DNA from: an uncultured bacterium
GTDB lineage: Bacteria; Oederibacteriota; PGYV01; CAWJRG01
DNA: 64,000 nt
Direction of reading: 5' to 3'
Assembly: GCA_963845185.1 (NCBI GenBank)
Contig: CAWJRG010000010.1
Coordinates: 224,001-288,000, forward strand
A model generated the notes under the pieces. The model ran no database searches. It saw only the letters and a program-made list of their open reading frames with translations, and was not told where the DNA came from. Shown here piece by piece: positions 59,030 through 64,000 of the stretch; position 1 is the stretch's first letter; each line of letters starts with the position of its first letter. The translations under genes were made by a program, and so were the position numbers.

Positions 59030-60037
59030 CTACGGCCCAAATACCTGAATCCTGTTATTTCCGTAATCCGCCACATACACATCTCCGATTCCATCAACCG
59101 CGACTCCCATGGGCCATCCAAACTCTCCAAATGCGGTTCCGAGAAATCCCCATTGCGTTATATATCCGCCGGTGGAATTGAATTTCTGGATTCTGTCATT
59201 GTATTTGTCTGTAACATACACATTGTTGTTTCCATCTACGGCAATTCCGCAGGGAATGTTAAATTTTCCCTCAGTGTCTCCATGGCTGCCCCATGTCAAT
59301 ATATAATTACCGAATGAATCAAATTTCTGTACCCTGTAATTGCCGGAATCCGTAACATATATATTGCCGCTGCTGTCTGCAGCAACTCCCATAGGCGTGT
59401 TAAATTGCCCATTGCCACTGCCCTGCGTTCCCCATTCCGCTGAAATCGCTGCTACCACTCCCGGTGAACTGAATTTTTCTATCCTGTCATTGCCGGCATC
59501 AGCGACATATATATTGCCGGCTCCATCCACGGCTATCCCGTAAGGACTATTAAATTGTCCGATTGCTGGACCGTAGCTTCCCCATTGTGTTACATAACCG
59601 CCGCCGGGAGCAAATTCCTGAACCCTGGCGTTTCCTATATCTGTGACATATATGTTACCGGCACCATCAACGGCAATTCCGACAGGATCATTGAATTGCC
59701 CTGCATTTGTTCCAAGAGTTCCCCATTGCGTTATATATGTGCCCGTACTGCTGAATTCTTCAATTCTATTATTAATAAAATCAGTAACATAAACAATTCC
59801 GCCTCCATACACCGCTACCCCATAAGGATAAACAAGTTGACCGGAACCGCTTCCCTGGTTTCCAAAAACTGCCAAAGGTGTTCGAGGAGTCGGAACCGCA
59901 GTTGGGGTTAATAATGATGAAGAGTCTCCTGGTGATGGTGATGATGATGAGCTGCTTGTCGGTGAAGTGCCTGAATTTTGCGAACATGCGCAAAGGAATA
60001 ACAAAGGTATCAATATTATAAGCACTGATTTTTTCAT
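59030..60037 (-). CDS. NHL-repeat beta-propeller lipoprotein
   Basis: Lipobox LCAC, Ser linker, six repeats GQFxxPxGIAVD..GNIYVxDxxNxRIQxF. Confidence 0.9.
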   Translation of the reverse strand: MKKSVLIILIPLLFLCACSQNSGTSPTSSSSSSPSPGDSSSLLTPTAVPTPRTPLAVFGNQGSGSGQLVYPYGVAVYGGGIVYVTDFINNRIEEFSSTGTYITQWGTLGTNAGQFNDPVGIAVDGAGNIYVTDIGNARVQEFAPGGGYVTQWGSYGPAIGQFNSPYGIAVDGAGNIYVADAGNDRIEKFSSPGVVAAISAEWGTQGSGNGQFNTPMGVAADSSGNIYVTDSGNYRVQKFDSFGNYILTWGSHGDTEGKFNIPCGIAVDGNNNVYVTDKYNDRIQKFNSTGGYITQWGFLGTAFGEFGWPMGVAVDGIGDVYVADYGNNRIQVFGP

Positions 60038-60184
60038 TATTCTTTCTCCTTTTTTATTATTTATTTTCACATAATTATACATCATGTATAGTATTTTGTC
60101 AAATATCATTACCTTTTTATTTTTCGTAGGTTGACTTTTACTAAAATTTAAAATAAAATCTTTTTATTACGTTCCAGGAGGCAT

Positions 60185-62203
60185 ATGATATTGACTGATA
60201 TTTCTTTGGTTAAAAAATACTTAAATAAACTTCTGCATTTTACTCTTTATACGATTTTTTTTATCGTTCCAATTTCTTTCTGGCTCTCAGCTCATGAAAG
60301 TTTCGAAACGCCCAAAAGCATCAATTTTTATGTCCTGCTTGTTTTATCCGTAGTTCTGTTTATTATCCAGCAGGCCTTAAACAAAAATTTATGCCTTAAA
60401 TGGACTACCTTTTCCGTTCCGGTTATTCTATTGCTGCTTGTCTTTTTTGCCTCGTTGATGAAAAGCATTGCCATAAACAAATATGCTTTCCCGCTTCACT
60501 GGCAGTTTTTTAAGCTTATACTTGGAAATGTTATACTTTACTTTCTTATTATAAACATCTTTTCAAAAAACGACATTTTAAAATTGATTTTTTTCGTGCT
60601 TCTATCCCATTTTGTGGTTGTTGTTTACGGTGTGCTGCAGTATTTAGGCGTTGATTTTATACACTGGGTTTCTTTCGGCGAAGGGCGGGTTTACTCGACC
60701 ATGGGCAACCCCGATTATATGGCAACCCAGTTCAGCGACCTTATCCCGCTGCTCATAATACTCTCGCTTGCCGATATAAGGCGCGTATACAAATTCATTA
60801 TTTCCCTTTTCCTCGCCATGATGTTTTTCCTTGTCCTGGTGTCTCACGGCCGTGGCGCCTGGATTGGTTTTCTGGGTTCCCTTTTTTACATGCTTGTCAT
60901 GTTTGCTATGTTTTACGGTAAAATTTTCTTCCAAAAATACAGGTTTTTCTTTACGGGCATAATCGCGTTTGTTATCTTCCTGGTATGTATTTTTTCCTTC
61001 CCAAACCCTTTGAATAAAAACGCAAATACCGTTTTTGAAAGGCTGAAAAACGGGTTTAGCCTTACAAGCGATGCCGTAGCCGTGAGGCTTTTATACTATG
61101 AATCCGCCTTGCAGATGGTAAAATACAACCCTTTATTCGGCGTCGGCGTTGGGGGTTTTTCCCTGAACACGGCTTATTACCAGAAAAAAGTTTATGACAG
61201 GTGGCTCAGGGTTTATCCGCCGCTTGCGGACAAAATCCAGCCCCATGTTGAATTATATACCCACAATGATTTTCTTCAGACAATGTCTGAAATCGGGCTT
61301 GTAGGTTTTGGGGTTTTTCTGTGGCTTTTTGTCTGTTTATTTGTTCTCGCAATTTCAAAATTATCAAAAGAGGAACAACCGCTTTATAAAAACATACTTC
61401 TCGGCATAACGGCGTCGGCAATAGCTTTTTTGTTGAACGGATTGCTTAATTTCCCCTGGCGCGTCGTGCCTACTCTCGTTCTTTTGTGGACAGTATTTGG
61501 CTTTTTCTCTCTCGTTGAAAATAAAAAAATATTAAGAATCAATTTTAACATCAATATAAAATGGCTCGCTCCGCTGCTCGCGGTCCTGCTTTTGTTCGTT
61601 TCGGCGCTGCAGGTAAAAGCTTTATACGCGGATATTTGCATCAAATACGGCCAGGCATCTTTTGCCGCAGGCAAATACGAGGAAGCAAGAGTCACCTTTG
61701 AAAAAGCCCTTGCCAGTAACCCGCGCGGCACCGATATAATCGAACTTGTGCTTTATACCGGTAACGCGTATAACGCCTTAAAAAACATCAACAAAGCTTT
61801 GTATTATTATAAGGAAGGGCTTGCTATGTTCCCCAATTTCATAGAGTCTCATTATAATATAGCCAACGTATACATGAATAACTCCATGACCGACGACGCC
61901 ATAAGGGAATATAATATTGTGTTGTCCTTAAACCCGAAATTCACTGCTGCCATAAACAACCTTGCCAATATCTATTACGCAAAAAAAGATTACGCAAGGG
62001 CCCGTGACCTGTACCTGGACTCAATTAAATATAACCCGAACGGCGTTGAGTCACTCTACAACCTCGGCGCTGTATATTTCATGTTGAAACAATACCCCCA
62101 GGCTGCCCTGGAGTTTCAAAAAGTGCTTGAGATAGACCCGAATTATCAGCTTGCAAAAGACTGGCTGCAAAAAATGAAATCATTCGGCCTGGTAAAGCCA
62201 TAG
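60185..62203 (+). CDS. O-antigen ligase-family (Wzy_C) protein with C-terminal TPRs
   Basis: STMGNPDY, GRGAWIG, PLFGVGVGGF, HNDFLQ...EIGLVG; TPR tail. Confidence 0.88.
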   Translation: MILTDISLVKKYLNKLLHFTLYTIFFIVPISFWLSAHESFETPKSINFYVLLVLSVVLFIIQQALNKNLCLKWTTFSVPVILLLLVFFASLMKSIAINKYAFPLHWQFFKLILGNVILYFLIINIFSKNDILKLIFFVLLSHFVVVVYGVLQYLGVDFIHWVSFGEGRVYSTMGNPDYMATQFSDLIPLLIILSLADIRRVYKFIISLFLAMMFFLVLVSHGRGAWIGFLGSLFYMLVMFAMFYGKIFFQKYRFFFTGIIAFVIFLVCIFSFPNPLNKNANTVFERLKNGFSLTSDAVAVRLLYYESALQMVKYNPLFGVGVGGFSLNTAYYQKKVYDRWLRVYPPLADKIQPHVELYTHNDFLQTMSEIGLVGFGVFLWLFVCLFVLAISKLSKEEQPLYKNILLGITASAIAFLLNGLLNFPWRVVPTLVLLWTVFGFFSLVENKKILRINFNINIKWLAPLLAVLLLFVSALQVKALYADICIKYGQASFAAGKYEEARVTFEKALASNPRGTDIIELVLYTGNAYNALKNINKALYYYKEGLAMFPNFIESHYNIANVYMNNSMTDDAIREYNIVLSLNPKFTAAINNLANIYYAKKDYARARDLYLDSIKYNPNGVESLYNLGAVYFMLKQYPQAALEFQKVLEIDPNYQLAKDWLQKMKSFGLVKP

Positions 62204-62209
62204 TCTCTA

Positions 62210-62668
62210 TTATTTTTCATCCATAAATTCCCTTAATTTTTTCATTATTTTATCGTAATGAGTCCCGTGCCAGAATACTCTGCCGCAGTTTTCACATATA
62301 TAAAACTCGTTCATTATCGAAAAAACACGTTCGGGTACTTTTTCCTTTATTGATTCTTTCGGTATTTTTACGAGGGGTTTGTTGCATTCGACACACAGGG
62401 TAAAAGCGTTTTTATAATCCAGTTTAAAATCCTTCACTGCCTTTTTAATCTGCCCGTTCAAATTATTTTCCGTAAGAAAATAGATTCTGGTATCCGGGCT
62501 TTTTATTTTGCTGTCTTTTGTTATTATAACTCTCTGTTCGGAAACGGCCAGGGGTATTAGTTTTTCCCTCTCATTATGCTTTACATATACGGTATCATAC
62601 CCTGCCACGCGCAGGAACTTTGCCAGCTTTCCGAACATGTTGTCCAAAATGAATTTCATTTTTCCCAT
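62210..62668 (-). CDS. Mut7-C RNase domain protein
   Basis: FILDNMFGKLAKFLRVAGYD, CVECN, CENCGRVFWHGTH. Confidence 0.92.
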   Translation of the reverse strand: MGKMKFILDNMFGKLAKFLRVAGYDTVYVKHNEREKLIPLAVSEQRVIITKDSKIKSPDTRIYFLTENNLNGQIKKAVKDFKLDYKNAFTLCVECNKPLVKIPKESIKEKVPERVFSIMNEFYICENCGRVFWHGTHYDKIMKKLREFMDEK

Positions 62669-62740
62669 TTTTAGTCTATATATCCTGTATCCTTATCCCT
62701 ACCCCCATCTTTTCTTGTTTTTCCCCTCGCCCCTTATTTA

Positions 62741-64000
62741 TTATCCTCCGTAATTAATAGCCTCTGTTATTATTTCCGAATAAGACGGGTGTATGTGAAC
62801 AGCGTCTTTTATGTCTTCTGTTTTCATTCTATTTTTTACTATTACTGACAGCTCGTTCATAATATCCGCTATTTCCTCGCCTACAGCAGCCGCGCCGAGT
62901 ATCTGCCCGGTCGTTTTGTCGGCTATGAGCTTTAAAAACCCGCTGTCTTTGCCTTCCATTACAGCCTTGCCTATTGCCTTGAAAAAGTATTTGTAAATTT
63001 TGCAGTCCAAATTTTTTTCTTTGGCTTCTTTTTCGTTAAGCCCTATGCTCCCGAGCGCCGGGCTTGAAAAAACAAGCTTGGGAATCACTTTGTAATCAAT
63101 ATTGCCCTCTTTGCCTTCGGCTATATGCATGATTGCGGTTTCAGCTTCTTTATAAGCTGTGTATGCGAGCATGGGCGTTTCTATGCAGTCGCCCACAGCG
63201 TAAATATTCGGTATATTCGTCCGCATATTGTTGTTTACTTCAATAAACATGTTTTTCTTTAGTTTCACGCCTGCCTTGCCAAGTCCAATGGTTTCGGTGT
63301 TTGGCTTCCTGCCTGTTGCCTCAAAAATCATATCGTATTTTTCCATGCTGTCGCCTTCAGGCGTTTTAATTACTGCCGTGTTATCGCCCGTGATTTCTTT
63401 TACTTTGCTTTTTTCAAGTAGTTTTATGTTTTTCTTTTTGAATTCCCTGGACAGCGTCCTCACAGCCTCTTCGTCCTCGCCAAAAAGTATAGTGTCGAGT
63501 ATTTCAGCTATCGTGACGTCAACGCCCAAATTGCTGAGGAAAGATGCGTATTCGCACCCTATAACCCCGCCTCCTATTATAAGGGTTTTTTTCGGTACTT
63601 TTTCCAGGTCAAATATTTTTTCCGAGGAAAAAACTTCCGGCATGTTAAACAGCCTTTTAGACGATGACCCTGAAGCAATAATAAAATATTTTGCCCTGAT
63701 TGTCCTGTTCCCGGCCATAATCTCGCTGCTTGATATGAATTTAGCATCTGCGTTTATTATTTCTATTTTATGGGTCTCGAGCCTTGCCTTTAATCCCGCC
63801 TGCAAAAATTTTGTTTTTTGCATTACATCATTTTTTATTTTAAAATAGTCCTTTGTAAGTAAAGAATAATGCAAAAGGCCTTTTAAGGGTATGCACCCCT
63901 CGTTCAGGCAGACGCCGCCGAGTTTACCGGCATCCTTTTCAAAAATAGCTATTTTGTATTTATGCTTCACAGCCTCAAGCGCGGCAGTGTAACCTGCCGG
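62741..64000 (-). CDS. lpdA: Dihydrolipoyl dehydrogenase-family flavoprotein; 5' end outside the window
   Basis: PAGYTAA at the edge, GGVCLNEGCIP, IGGGVIGCE, HIHPSYSE. Confidence 0.88.
   Translation of the reverse strand, partial: PAGYTAALEAVKHKYKIAIFEKDAGKLGGVCLNEGCIPLKGLLHYSLLTKDYFKIKNDVMQKTKFLQAGLKARLETHKIEIINADAKFISSSEIMAGNRTIRAKYFIIASGSSSKRLFNMPEVFSSEKIFDLEKVPKKTLIIGGGVIGCEYASFLSNLGVDVTIAEILDTILFGEDEEAVRTLSREFKKKNIKLLEKSKVKEITGDNTAVIKTPEGDSMEKYDMIFEATGRKPNTETIGLGKAGVKLKKNMFIEVNNNMRTNIPNIYAVGDCIETPMLAYTAYKEAETAIMHIAEGKEGNIDYKVIPKLVFSSPALGSIGLNEKEAKEKNLDCKIYKYFFKAIGKAVMEGKDSGFLKLIADKTTGQILGAAAVGEEIADIMNELSVIVKNRMKTEDIKDAVHIHPSYSEIITEAINYGG

Overview
Bacterial chromosomal window, about 53 genes, mostly on the minus strand, from a diderm organism (LolA, PorV-like barrel). 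Thr/Pro-linker secreted proteins ending in a FlgD-Ig-like C-terminal domain (CTD) suggest Candidatus Goldbacteria or a relative (inference only). The left 12 kb looks like a self-contained regulon: an ECF sigma factor, a zinc-finger anti-sigma that ends in the same CTD as the neighbouring secreted proteins, a PorV-family barrel, and three large secreted proteins (a GH8 glycanase and two paralogous DUF11-type proteins). One ECF-type promoter (TGGAAC-N17-GTCnAA) precedes the sigma gene and each secreted-protein gene. The rest is mostly housekeeping (glgP, mfd, pgpA, pgsA, rimO, yajQ, rodZ, lolA, rlmD, gatCAB, DinG-like helicase, TetR-controlled ABC efflux, lpdA) plus a second, Cys-rich ECF/anti-sigma/YHS cassette. 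Two unexplained non-coding families stand out: a ~97-nt double hairpin with covarying stems (six copies, usually abutting a Shine-Dalgarno site) and a terminator-like hairpin with a C-rich loop (two copies). Four genes are split by single-base indels in short homopolymers, probably sequencing errors. No tRNA, rRNA, CRISPR array or transposase was seen.
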